This document shows positions 16,817 through 25,717 of a stretch of DNA of 39,839 bases, one piece after another. The notes beneath the pieces were generated by a model. That model saw only the letters and a list, made by a program, of their open reading frames with translations. It was not told where the DNA came from and searched no databases. Made by a program: the position numbers and the translations under genes. Numbering within the stretch: position 1 is the stretch's first letter; the number at the start of each line of letters is the position of its first letter. The stretch comes from a virus (lineage: Duplodnaviria > Caudoviricetes): IMG/VR virus record IMGVR_UViG_3300045925_000112, positions 1 through 39,839 of that record; one strand, 5' to 3'.

Positions 16817-17080
16817 CTACCGCGGCCCGTGGACCAGCGGCTTTCCGTTGCGGACCGGCGACACCCACACCGGCTGCCCCGGCGTGAGCGGCAGGTCGGT
16901 CTCGGGGTTCGCGTTCATGGTGGCGCCGTTGACGCTCACGTCGTACGTGCCGTCGCTCTTGACGGCGACGACGGTGCCCCGCTGGTAGAGGTTCGCGCCG
17001 CTGCCCGCGGCGCCGCCGCTCGCGCCGCGCCGCTGCGCCTGCTCGATCAACTCCATGATCGCGTCGTAGAGGCTCGCCAC
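16817..17080 (-). CDS. Small tail-tip protein, OB-fold/spike-like (87 aa)
   Basis: GTVVAVKSDGTYDVSVNG...LTPGQPVWV pattern; follows the hub gene. Confidence 0.6.
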   Translation of the reverse strand: MASLYDAIMELIEQAQRRGASGGAAGSGANLYQRGTVVAVKSDGTYDVSVNGATMNANPETDLPLTPGQPVWVSPVRNGKPLVHGPR

Positions 17081-17083
17081 GGG

Positions 17084-19474
17084 TCACTCGTCGCGATAGA
17101 ACACGGCGTCGAGCTCGCAGGTGAACGCGCTCCGGTCGCGCGTGTCCTCGTAGGCGAACGCGATGCCGCGGACGAGCGCCGGCTCGAGCGGGATCGGCGT
17201 GCCGTCCGCGTCGAGGAAGTCGGTCAGGTGGACCGCCGAGCCTTTGATCACGTCCGGCAGCGCGGGGCCGGTGCCGCGCAGCGGATACTCGACGAGGCCC
17301 GAGACCGCGCGCAGCTGCTCGAGGATGAAGTGCAGGTCGGGCTCGGCGAGATTCGGGTTCGCGTACGAGACGGCCACCGCGGTCGGGTCGCTCGAGATGG
17401 TCGCGGTGACGCGGACCGGCGTCTGCGCCTCGGGGCCGTAGTCGGCATCGTTCGCGAGGCGATCGCCGAACAGACTGAACGGCGGACGCGGGCCACCAGG
17501 TGGCAGCCCGGCGCGGTCCGTTTGCTGCAGGGTCATCGTGCCGACGTACCGGCCGTTCTTCGGGTCGAACTTATCGCGCACGGTCTTGACCTGCGTCCAC
17601 CCATCGACCAGCCGCTCGTACGTTTCGACGATCGAATCGGTTTCAAACATGCCGAGCAAGCCGCCGGAGTTGAAGTACCGCGAGATCCGCGTCGTCGTCG
17701 AGAGCAGGTGGCGCGACACGTCGTACTTCCAGACGATGCGCTCTATGCTCGTGAGCCAGAGGACGAGCTCGGCGCCCTGTTTCACCAGCGTGGAAATGAA
17801 CTTCTCCGACGCCAGCGGCAGCGGTTGATTCGTCGGCCCTTGCGGGCCGTAGCGCGAATCCTCGTAGGTCAGGTTCGTTTCGGTCTCCGCGCTTTGATAC
17901 ACACCGCCGTTGGGCGCGTAGGTGTAGACGCGCTCGAGCTCGCGGATGAGGAGCCGGTCCGGCATCCGAAAGGTGCGCGTGCCCTCGACGCGGCCGGTCG
18001 GCGTGTCCGTCGCGTAGTCGACCTCGAGCTCGGAGGACGCGACCAGCCCGATGGGCGGGAACACGGTGGTGTCGCTCGGGTCCAGCGCCACGTCCGACGC
18101 GCTCGTGATGCGGCCCTCGAGGACCACGGCGCCGATGTAGGGCAAGCGGCGCCGGTTGCCGAGCTCGAGGTCCACCAGCCGCGACTCGGCCACCGTCATC
18201 GTGAGGTCCGCGGCCGGGTGCCGGAGTCGCGGGCGCACGTACACGACGGTGCCGTACGCGGTCACGTCCACGCCGAGCGGCGGCGCCTGATTCCACGGCT
18301 CCACGAGCCGGCGCAATACTTCGTAGAGCGTGCCGACGGCCTCGAACGGGACGCTGATGGAGTAATCCCGCGCGGTCCATATGAGCGTCAAGCCGGTGCC
18401 GACGAGCAGGTCGGCCGCGATCGATTTCGCGGTCCACGCGCCGACCTTCTCGGGGATCGCGGCCTCGTTCGCGTCGCGGATGTCGCGCTCCAATCTCGAG
18501 ACGGTGCTGCGCAGGAACCCGGCGAGCGCTTGGAGCTCCGGCGTGGGCTCCCACACGTTCATCAGGTTCGAGAGTTGCGCCTGCCGCGCCGCGAGGATCG
18601 GGTTGAGCACGTCCGGCAGCGTTAGGACGGTGCCGACCTCGGCGCCCGCCGGCACGTAGCGGGCGCGCCGCTGAATACGGAAGGTGCGCTCGAGGGCGTC
18701 CACGCCCCGCACGTACGTGTGCCGCTCGGTGGCCCGGCCGACGAGGCGCCGGTCGAGGATCCTCCCGCTCGTGACATGCTGCGCGAGGACCTCGTGACCC
18801 GCCGCGTCGAGGAACCCGACCGGCAGCCGGTAGAGCGCCTCGTCGTCGGGCGCCAGCATGAGCGCGGCCCCCGCGACCTCGGCCGTCCAGCCGTCCGCAG
18901 GCGTGTCCAGGGAGCTCTCGAGGGTGAACCGTAGGACACCGGGCAGCGGAGCGCCTCCTGGCCCCTCCACGCGCCCCACAGGCCGTTGGACAGCCTCCGC
19001 CCGGAGCGGCCGGAGCTCCGGGTAGTTGACGAGGGCGCCCGTGGCCCGGAGCTCGAGGAGCGCCCGGCCGGCGAGTTGCGCCGGGAACGTCGTGAGCGGG
19101 GCCGGCCCGGCGAGGAGCTCGAGGACGGCCGAGCCGGTGAGCGCGGTGCCGATGCCGGTGACGGTGAGCGGGGCGGGCGGCGCGACGAGCTCGAGGAGCG
19201 CGGCGCCGGCCAGCTGCGCTCCGGCGCCGGCCGTGAGGGACCCGGTCGCGGTGAGCGTGAGGACCGCGCTGCCGGCGAGTTGAGCCGGCGGGACGGACAG
19301 CGGGGCCGGCCCGGCGACGAGCGTGAGGACGGCGGCGCCCTCGAGCTTCGCCGGGATGCGGAGGTCGGCCGCGCTCACGGTGAGCGTGAGGACCGCGCTG
19401 CCGGCGAGCGGGATGCTCGGCGGGCCACCGCCGCTGAGGAGGAGGTAGCCCTGCGGGGTCAGGGATAGCGGCAC
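17084..19474 (-). CDS. Baseplate hub / tail-tip protein with N-terminal beta-repeats (796 aa)
   Basis: FTLESSLDTPADGWTAEV and YVRGVDALE hub-like segments; six L-x-G-x-A-x-L-x-L repeats at the N-terminus; position after the tape measure. Confidence 0.7.
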   Translation of the reverse strand: MPLSLTPQGYLLLSGGGPPSIPLAGSAVLTLTVSAADLRIPAKLEGAAVLTLVAGPAPLSVPPAQLAGSAVLTLTATGSLTAGAGAQLAGAALLELVAPPAPLTVTGIGTALTGSAVLELLAGPAPLTTFPAQLAGRALLELRATGALVNYPELRPLRAEAVQRPVGRVEGPGGAPLPGVLRFTLESSLDTPADGWTAEVAGAALMLAPDDEALYRLPVGFLDAAGHEVLAQHVTSGRILDRRLVGRATERHTYVRGVDALERTFRIQRRARYVPAGAEVGTVLTLPDVLNPILAARQAQLSNLMNVWEPTPELQALAGFLRSTVSRLERDIRDANEAAIPEKVGAWTAKSIAADLLVGTGLTLIWTARDYSISVPFEAVGTLYEVLRRLVEPWNQAPPLGVDVTAYGTVVYVRPRLRHPAADLTMTVAESRLVDLELGNRRRLPYIGAVVLEGRITSASDVALDPSDTTVFPPIGLVASSELEVDYATDTPTGRVEGTRTFRMPDRLLIRELERVYTYAPNGGVYQSAETETNLTYEDSRYGPQGPTNQPLPLASEKFISTLVKQGAELVLWLTSIERIVWKYDVSRHLLSTTTRISRYFNSGGLLGMFETDSIVETYERLVDGWTQVKTVRDKFDPKNGRYVGTMTLQQTDRAGLPPGGPRPPFSLFGDRLANDADYGPEAQTPVRVTATISSDPTAVAVSYANPNLAEPDLHFILEQLRAVSGLVEYPLRGTGPALPDVIKGSAVHLTDFLDADGTPIPLEPALVRGIAFAYEDTRDRSAFTCELDAVFYRDE

Positions 19475-19499
19475 GGGCGCCCTCTACGGGACCGCGGCG

Positions 19500-19826
19500 T
19501 CAGACGGACCAGACCGCCCAGTCGAAGGCGCGCCCCGTTCCAGCGGTCTGTTTCAGGGTGAACTCGAGGTCGTGCGCCGAGGGATAGGGGCCGAAGATCG
19601 CCACCGGATCGGCCTGCGCGTGCTGGAACACGGCGAGGTCCATCTGTTTCCGCGTGCCGCCGGGCAGGATCTTCGCCTTCGCCCGGAGCTCGAGCTCGTC
19701 GCCGTTAGCGAGGACCGACAGGTCCACGACGAGCAGGAACGATTTCGCGCCCGTGTTCGTGTGGAGCGCATGCTCGGTGGTGATCGTGGCGGCCTGCGTC
19801 CCGCTCGCCTCCGCAGTCAGCGCCAT
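19500..19826 (-). CDS. Small virion structural protein (108 aa)
   Basis: GAGGAG RBS; all-beta pattern; inside the tail operon. Confidence 0.65.
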   Translation of the reverse strand: MALTAEASGTQAATITTEHALHTNTGAKSFLLVVDLSVLANGDELELRAKAKILPGGTRKQMDLAVFQHAQADPVAIFGPYPSAHDLEFTLKQTAGTGRAFDWAVWSV

Positions 19827-19836
19827 CGGCTCCTCC

Positions 19837-20643
19837 TCAACCCATCCCGGTCAGCGCGGCGGCGAGGACCCGCGCCGGACTGGCCGTGCTCTCGCACGCG
19901 GCGCGGATCGCGAGCCGCACGCCCGCGGGCACGTTCACGTCGAAGGACTCCGCTGTCGGGCCGATCGCGCGGCCAATGTCCGCCGCGTGCACCGTCACGT
20001 CGGGCACGAGGACAACCTCGGCGCCCGCGGCGCCGATCCCAATGTCGAGCGCCCACGACATGAACGAGACGGACGACACGGGCACGACGGCGAGCGTGAG
20101 GTGCCGGATCGGGTAGGTCGTCGTTGCCGCCATCTGCACCCACGCGCCCTTCGTGTTCGCGACGGCTCCGGGGTCGATATTCACCGCGAGACTCGTCGCG
20201 AGGTTGACGCCGTAGGTGATGCCGCGCTGCATGCCCGCGACGGTGCCGCCCGCGTGCCCCATGAGCGCCGCGCGTACGGCCTTGTTCAGTCCGGTGTTGT
20301 TCTGCCCGCGCATCGCGAGTCGCGTGCCCGCCGGCAGCGCATACGGAAAGCGGAAGGTGCGGCACTCGGCCGCGAAGTCGGTGAAGGACTGAAAGAGCAG
20401 GTTCGGCAGGATCACGACCTCGGCGCCCGCGGCGCCGATCCCAATGTCGAGGATATACCAGACGCCCGTCTCGCCTCCGAGCAGGCGCACGTCAAGCGTG
20501 CGGATCGCCACGGGCAGCGCGGCTGAGAACTCCGTCCACGCGCCCTTCGCGCTGCCCGCGCCGGTCGTCAGCTGCGCAAAGATCGCCCCGGTGCCGCGGT
20601 ACGAATACGGGCGCGCGCCACGCCGCGTGACGAGGAACGCCAT
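19837..20643 (-). CDS. Tail-associated protein with two tandem copies of a beta-domain (268 aa)
   Basis: KGAW...LDIGIGAAGAEVV...PAG.RLA.R occurs twice; start overlaps upstream stop. Confidence 0.7.
   Translation of the reverse strand: MAFLVTRRGARPYSYRGTGAIFAQLTTGAGSAKGAWTEFSAALPVAIRTLDVRLLGGETGVWYILDIGIGAAGAEVVILPNLLFQSFTDFAAECRTFRFPYALPAGTRLAMRGQNNTGLNKAVRAALMGHAGGTVAGMQRGITYGVNLATSLAVNIDPGAVANTKGAWVQMAATTTYPIRHLTLAVVPVSSVSFMSWALDIGIGAAGAEVVLVPDVTVHAADIGRAIGPTAESFDVNVPAGVRLAIRAACESTASPARVLAAALTGMG
20015..20451. repeat. 35-bp perfect direct repeat (20015-20049 and 20417-20451)
   Basis: ACCTCGGCGCCCGCGGCGCCGATCCCAATGTCGAG in both copies; encodes LDIGIGAAGAEV. Confidence 0.85.
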
Positions 20644-21053
20644 CAGGCGAAGGCGACGTCGAGCGCGCCCGCGGCGAAGGACGGCGCGGGGTCGCCGGCG
20701 TTGATCGTCCGCGGCGTCGTGAGCGGCGCGTGGCAGAACATGTTGCCGCCGGTCGGTGCATCCCAGAACGAGAAATGCGTCGCGGTGCCCCAATTCGCGG
20801 TGGGGGCGGGGAACACGACGTCCGCGGCGTTGTCGGTCGCGCCGTCGGTCGGCGTGCCCGCGGTCCAGTTGGCGTCGCCGGGATTGCGTTGCACGCGCGC
20901 GTACGCGCCGCCCGAGACCTCGGCCCCGGTGCCGGCGTCGGTCGGGTCCGCGGTGTGCAGCGCGATGTAAAGCGCGGTCGGCTTGAGGAACGTCGCCGAG
21001 CGAAAGATATGATTCCGGAGCTGATCCTCGAGGTAGTTGGACATTTGCGCCAT
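20643..21053 (-). CDS. Tail fibre adaptor-type protein (136 aa)
   Basis: MSNYLE...LYIALHTADPTDAGTGAEVSGGAYARV...FPAPTANWGT.TH...DA.TGGN, a pattern common in siphovirus minor tail proteins. Confidence 0.8.
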   Translation of the reverse strand: MAQMSNYLEDQLRNHIFRSATFLKPTALYIALHTADPTDAGTGAEVSGGAYARVQRNPGDANWTAGTPTDGATDNAADVVFPAPTANWGTATHFSFWDAPTGGNMFCHAPLTTPRTINAGDPAPSFAAGALDVAFA

Positions 21054-21064
21054 CGGAGCCGCTC

Positions 21065-21499
21065 CTATCGCCCGGTGTAGGGCGCACCGTAGAGGGTCGC
21101 GAGCGTGAGCCATTGCCACGTCAGCGTGTAGCCGTAGAGGACCTCCTGCGCGCCGGGCACGCGGTACTCGAACCCGCGGGTGAACGCGATCGGCTTGACG
21201 GTGCCGGCGTTGCCGAGGGTGTCGGCGAGCGCCTGCGTCGTGCCCCACGCGCGCAGCATCGCCTCGAGCGCGGCGAGCGTCGCGCCCGACACGAGGCCGG
21301 GGCTCGTGCCGCCGCCCGAGCTCAGGGACCCGCGCTGCCGCGCGATGCGATAGCCGAAGTCCTGGATGGTCACAGCCTCGACGCCATCGAACACGGTCAC
21401 GCCGAGCGCGGCCTCGCCGAACGGCTTGTACTGCCCGAGCTCGGCGACGAGCTCGAGGGACCCGAGGGTCACGGCCGCGCGCGGCTTCGCTACCGGCAT
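21065..21499 (-). CDS. Distal-tail-like protein (144 aa)
   Basis: Immediately after the tape measure; size and beta pattern fit a minimal Dit. Confidence 0.55.
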   Translation of the reverse strand: MPVAKPRAAVTLGSLELVAELGQYKPFGEAALGVTVFDGVEAVTIQDFGYRIARQRGSLSSGGGTSPGLVSGATLAALEAMLRAWGTTQALADTLGNAGTVKPIAFTRGFEYRVPGAQEVLYGYTLTWQWLTLATLYGAPYTGR

Positions 21500-23133
21500 C
21501 AGGGTTGCCTCGCGCTGAGGAATTGCAACGTGTCGGCGAGGTCCTGCGAAAGCTTCTGCGCGAAGCCGGGCGAGACTTGGAGGTCCTTGAGCGCGGCGCC
21601 GAGCTCCTTCACCTTCTCGGTGAGCGCCGCGGCGTTCGTGTTCGCCTCCGCGAACCCTTTCGAGAGCTCGGCGACCTTGGTCTCGGCCTTCTGCTCGCGC
21701 GTGTCGAGCGCCTCGCGATCGCGCTGCCGCTCGGCTTCCAGCTGCTCGTTCGCGGCCTGCCGGGCGTAGAACAGATTGCGCTCCATCTCGGTCGTGTCCG
21801 CCTGCGGGTTCGCCAGCTGGTAGCGCTGCAGCTCGCGCTCGGAGCGCTCGAGGTCCGGCAGCGTGAAGCGGTGGAACCGCTCGCGCCGGATACCCTCGAC
21901 GTCGGCCTGCGCCGCCTCGAGCTCGCGCGCACGCCGGTCGCGGTCCTGCACCGCCCGCTCCTGCGCCTGGAGAACCTCGGTGGCCGCGCGCAGGTTCGTT
22001 TGCTGGACCTGCGCCTGCTCCTGCCGGCGGATCGCCAGGACCTCGTCCTCGCGGCCCGGCCCGCGGGCCATCCGCGCACGCGCGTCCGCGGCCTCGGCGA
22101 TCGCGCGGAGCTCGGCGTCGCGGACCGCCGCGATGCCGCGCAGCTGGACCGCGAAGGCCTGCTCGATATTCCCGGTGCGCTGCGCCGCGGCGAGCTCGAG
22201 GCGCGTGGCCGCTTGCAGGCGCGCCTGCTCGAGCGCGCGCTCCGACTCGAGGATGCGGAGGTTCTGCTGCTCGCGCCGTTGCGTGGCCTGCTCGTCGTAC
22301 CGCTGGACCTGCTCGGCGTTGCGCCGCTGCCGCTCGAGCCGCTGCTGGTCGGCCTGCGCCTCGAGGTTCGCGGCGCGCTGCTCGAGGTCGGCACTGACCG
22401 CGGCCGGGACCTGTTGCCCGAGCTCCTGGTAGGTGCTCTCGCGCATGCGCCGCTCGGCGTTGAGCGCGTCGCGCTGCGCTTGCATCCGGCGCGCGGCGAC
22501 CTCCTCGACCTGCCGGGCGGCGGCGTCGGCCGCCGCGGTGTTACCTTGCTCGAGCGCGGCCCGCCGCTCCGTCTCGAGGCGCCGCTCCTCAATCGCCGCG
22601 GCCTGCGCCATAGATTGCCGGAGCCGCTGCTCGCCCTCGAGTTGCTGCCGGATCGCGGCCTCGCGCGCGTTCGTGTCGCGCCGCTCCTCGGGCGTGTCGC
22701 CCGGCGGGCGAATGCGAGCGTCTTGCCAGAGGTTGATGAGGGTGCCCACCACGCTTTTCGAGCGCTCGGCGTGCTCCTCGATCTCACGGTTGGCCTTTTT
22801 GAGCTCGGCGACGAACGGCGTCGCGCTGAACCCGCGGAGCGCCTCGTTGAACGCGACCTGCTGTTTCGTGGCCTCCTCGACCGATTGCATGTAGGCGCCG
22901 AGCGCTTCGGCGCCGACGGTCGCCGCGACCGCCACGATTGGCCCGAACTTCGCGAAGGCGCCACCGATCAGGTCCGCGGCCGAGCCCGCACCGCGGGCCG
23001 TGCTCGTGAAGGCCTGCTCGAGCTTCGTGCCGTCCTCGGCCATCTTGCGCGTCGCCTGCGCGAACACCGCGGAGGCCTCGTCGCGCGCCCGGATCACGGC
23101 CTCAATGACTGGCCGGCTGCCGCCCGTCGCCAC
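21499..23133 (-). CDS. Tape measure protein (~544 aa)
   Basis: IEAVIRARDEASAVF N-terminus; long Ala/Gln/Glu/Arg helical run; follows the tail chaperone. Confidence 0.8.
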   Translation of the reverse strand: MATGGSRPVIEAVIRARDEASAVFAQATRKMAEDGTKLEQAFTSTARGAGSAADLIGGAFAKFGPIVAVAATVGAEALGAYMQSVEEATKQQVAFNEALRGFSATPFVAELKKANREIEEHAERSKSVVGTLINLWQDARIRPPGDTPEERRDTNAREAAIRQQLEGEQRLRQSMAQAAAIEERRLETERRAALEQGNTAAADAAARQVEEVAARRMQAQRDALNAERRMRESTYQELGQQVPAAVSADLEQRAANLEAQADQQRLERQRRNAEQVQRYDEQATQRREQQNLRILESERALEQARLQAATRLELAAAQRTGNIEQAFAVQLRGIAAVRDAELRAIAEAADARARMARGPGREDEVLAIRRQEQAQVQQTNLRAATEVLQAQERAVQDRDRRARELEAAQADVEGIRRERFHRFTLPDLERSERELQRYQLANPQADTTEMERNLFYARQAANEQLEAERQRDREALDTREQKAETKVAELSKGFAEANTNAAALTEKVKELGAALKDLQVSPGFAQKLSQDLADTLQFLSARQP

Positions 23134-23134
23134 G

Positions 23135-23350
23135 CTACGCGTCCTCCTCGACCGCGATGCCGTCAATCTCCCGCGGCAGCGGCGCCCGTGGCCGGCGCGG
23201 CGGCGGGCCGTCGAAGAACAGCAACTGCCGCAGCGTCATCGCGCTTATGTCGGCGAGTCGCCAGTGATAGCGGGTGGCGAGTCGGTGGTAGAGGGCGCCG
23301 AAGGTGAAGGGCTCGCCGTCACTTCGACTCCGGCGTCGCGAGAAGGGCCG
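23135..23350 (-). CDS. Tail assembly chaperone C-terminal extension (gpT-like), probably reached by -1 frameshift
   Basis: LYHRLATRYHWRLADISAMTLRQLLFF in the -1 frame overlapping the chaperone 3' end; no start codon of its own. Confidence 0.6.
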   Translation of the reverse strand, partial: RPFSRRRSRSDGEPFTFGALYHRLATRYHWRLADISAMTLRQLLFFDGPPPRRPRAPLPREIDGIAVEEDA

Positions 23351-23652
23351 GCGACTCCGTGCGAGGCGCCGATCGCCGCGAGCAGCTGATTGGGCGCGAG
23401 CGCCTCGACCTGCTCGTCGGTGAGCTCGGGACAGAGCAGGCGGACGATGGCCTGCGTGCACTTCACGCGGCGCGGGAAGTCCTCGAGCGCGGCGCGCATC
23501 TCGTCCTCGAGGTGCCAGACCTCGATCGCCTGCGCGCCGCGCAGGTCGAGGAACGAGTAGAGCGCCGTCTCCACGCGGGTGCCGTCGATCAGGAAGGCGA
23601 TGCGCTGCGGGCGCGGCGCGAAGGTGAGCAGGTCGCGGGACGGGTCGGGCAT
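23245..23652 (-). CDS. Tail assembly chaperone (gpG-like, 135 aa)
   Basis: Between major tail and tape measure genes; AGGAGG RBS. Confidence 0.7.
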   Translation of the reverse strand: MPDPSRDLLTFAPRPQRIAFLIDGTRVETALYSFLDLRGAQAIEVWHLEDEMRAALEDFPRRVKCTQAIVRLLCPELTDEQVEALAPNQLLAAIGASHGVAGPSRDAGVEVTASPSPSAPSTTDSPPAITGDSPT

Positions 23653-23661
23653 GGGCGCCTC

Positions 23662-24663
23662 CTACGAGAACAGGATGGCGAAGTCGGTGTTCGGCCCCTC
23701 GCGCAACGTGGCGCGAATCCGCAGCCGGTCCACGCTGACACCGTCGCGGTCGCTCCACTCGTCCTGAATGATCTGCCCGCCCGGCGAGTCGTCGGCCGCG
23801 ACATGCCACGAAACCTTGTTGCCGGGTTTCTGGCCGAGGGTCCAGCCGACCGCGAGCAGCGGGTCGGCGTCCTCGAGGCTGTCCCAGAGGCCGGTCACGG
23901 CCTCGAGGTCCATGTTCGGGTCGGCGCCGACCACGGGCTCGCGGTTCGCGATCATGAAGCCGCTCGAGCCGCTCACCGCGTTCGCGCACGGCACGCGGCG
24001 CAGCTGGTTGCCCATGTCGAAGTCGAGCGTATCGACGCACGGTCCCCACGCGCCGAGGAGCAGGCCGGCCTCGCGCAGCGTCGGCAGCGCGGGCAGCGGC
24101 TTGAGCGCGGCCGGCACGTAGGGAATGTCGAAGAACCCGTTGAGCGTGCCCTGGAACGAGAACTGAAAGCGCCCGGTGCCGGCCGCGCGCATGGTGGCCC
24201 GCACGTTGCCCATACAGCCGACGACCTCGGCCGCGCGCGCGCTCGCCCCGCCGGGGATCGCCTGCACCACGTAGATCGTGAGCGACTCGTGGTTGTCCGT
24301 CGGCACGTAGAGCCGGCCCGCGCCCTCGACGATGGAGCTCCCGAGGCCGCAGCCGCGCAGCGGCAGGTCGGCCTCGGGGAACTTCGTCGCATCGTAGCCG
24401 GCCGGGTCCTCGATCCCGCGGATGAGCAGGTCGAAGGCGATCGTGCCGAGCCGCTGCCCGATGCCGGACGGCATGCGCCCGAGCGCGCCCGCGGTGGCGA
24501 GGTTCGGGATCTCCTCGATCTGCGGCGTGAACCGGACCGAGTCCGTGACGGCCTGGATCACGTCGGTGAGGACGTACACGCCCCCGAGCGCGTCCTCGCC
24601 GTACGCGGTCTCGACCTTCATGACGACCTGCTGCAGCGCCTTCCGCGGGGCCGTGATTGCCAT
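23662..24663 (-). CDS. Major tail tube protein (333 aa)
   Basis: VMKVETAYGED N-terminus, SLTIY, FQFSFQG; position after head-tail genes; GGAGG RBS. Confidence 0.8.
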   Translation of the reverse strand: MAITAPRKALQQVVMKVETAYGEDALGGVYVLTDVIQAVTDSVRFTPQIEEIPNLATAGALGRMPSGIGQRLGTIAFDLLIRGIEDPAGYDATKFPEADLPLRGCGLGSSIVEGAGRLYVPTDNHESLTIYVVQAIPGGASARAAEVVGCMGNVRATMRAAGTGRFQFSFQGTLNGFFDIPYVPAALKPLPALPTLREAGLLLGAWGPCVDTLDFDMGNQLRRVPCANAVSGSSGFMIANREPVVGADPNMDLEAVTGLWDSLEDADPLLAVGWTLGQKPGNKVSWHVAADDSPGGQIIQDEWSDRDGVSVDRLRIRATLREGPNTDFAILFS

Positions 24664-24692
24664 CGGCGTCTCGCCTCCCTCGTCGCGGCCTA

Positions 24693-25184
24693 CTAGGCCG
24701 CCTCGATTTCATCGTCCAGCACCGCTTCGATCGGCCACGCGAAGATGCCGACAGGGTCCGAGGCGCCCTGGTCGGTCTCGTCCGGCCGGGTGAAGTCGAA
24801 GTTGCGCAGGTGGCCGCGCGGCATCGGCGCCGCCGCGAGCGTGAGGAACACGTCGTACCGGAGCCGCTCGAGCCATTGCGAGCGGGTCACGCGGTCGTTG
24901 CCGATCACGTAGCCGTAGACCATGAACGGGAAGTGGTCCACGTAGCGCCCGACGCCTCCGGTGGTGAACTCGCGCCGCGAGCCGGACGCGTCGAGGATGC
25001 ACAGGCGCGGAAACTCCGCGACCTGCGCCGGCACGCGGAACACGCGCTGCACCGTCACCGGGTTCGGGTAGGTCGCGTCGGCGTCGCTCATGCCGGGCTC
25101 GGCCCAAAAGCGCCGGCCGGTCCGCATGGTGAGCAGGATCGCCTCGACCTCGCGCAGCGCGAGCTCCCGCGGCGCCTCGGCCAT
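24693..25184 (-). CDS. Tail terminator / completion protein (163 aa)
   Basis: REVEAILL...AEFPRLCI pattern; directly before the major tail gene. Confidence 0.6.
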   Translation of the reverse strand: MAEAPRELALREVEAILLTMRTGRRFWAEPGMSDADATYPNPVTVQRVFRVPAQVAEFPRLCILDASGSRREFTTGGVGRYVDHFPFMVYGYVIGNDRVTRSQWLERLRYDVFLTLAAAPMPRGHLRNFDFTRPDETDQGASDPVGIFAWPIEAVLDDEIEAA

Positions 25185-25717
25185 CAGCCCGGCATCCCGG
25201 CCGTCATGCCGGCCTGCGCGTCCGCGGCCCACCGCTCGGCCTCGCGCGTGAAGATGCCGATCACGTCCTGCACGTTCTCCGCGGCGGCGCCGCGCATCCA
25301 ATAGCGCGGCCGGACGCCCGGATGTTTCGCGCGCGGCCGGAAGTGCGGCCCGCCGCCGCCGGCTTGCAGGATCGGGAGCACGTGCCCGCGGCTCGCGGCG
25401 AGCGGGTGCGCCTTCGCGCCGCGCTCGAGGAAGCGCGCGTAGTAGACGTTCGTGCGGACGAACCCGACCGCGCCGTCGCCCTGGACCGCGAACGCGTAGG
25501 TCGTGAGGGACCCGTGCAGCGGGCCGTAGCCGGCGCGCCCGGCGCGATGGTGCGCGCGGTCGATGGGCGGGCGGTGGCGGAACAGCCGCTCGAGCGCGGC
25601 GTCGGCCGAGCTCTTGACCTCGCGCACGGCCGGCCCCATGCCGGCCTCGAGGTAGGGCGTGAGGTCCACCGGCTGGCCGAGGCCGGGGCTCACCGTCACC
25701 TCGATTTCGATCGGCAT
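25184..25717 (-). CDS. HK97 gp10-like neck/tail completion protein (177 aa)
   Basis: TNVYYARFLERG...HPGVRPRYWMRGA motif. Confidence 0.75.
   Translation of the reverse strand: MPIEIEVTVSPGLGQPVDLTPYLEAGMGPAVREVKSSADAALERLFRHRPPIDRAHHRAGRAGYGPLHGSLTTYAFAVQGDGAVGFVRTNVYYARFLERGAKAHPLAASRGHVLPILQAGGGGPHFRPRAKHPGVRPRYWMRGAAAENVQDVIGIFTREAERWAADAQAGMTAGMPG

Noticed and set aside
23662-24663. Contractile tail sheath, or a tailocin/GTA interpretation
   Set aside because: No sheath or baseplate wedge genes; integrase, replication and terminase genes indicate an autonomous siphovirus.
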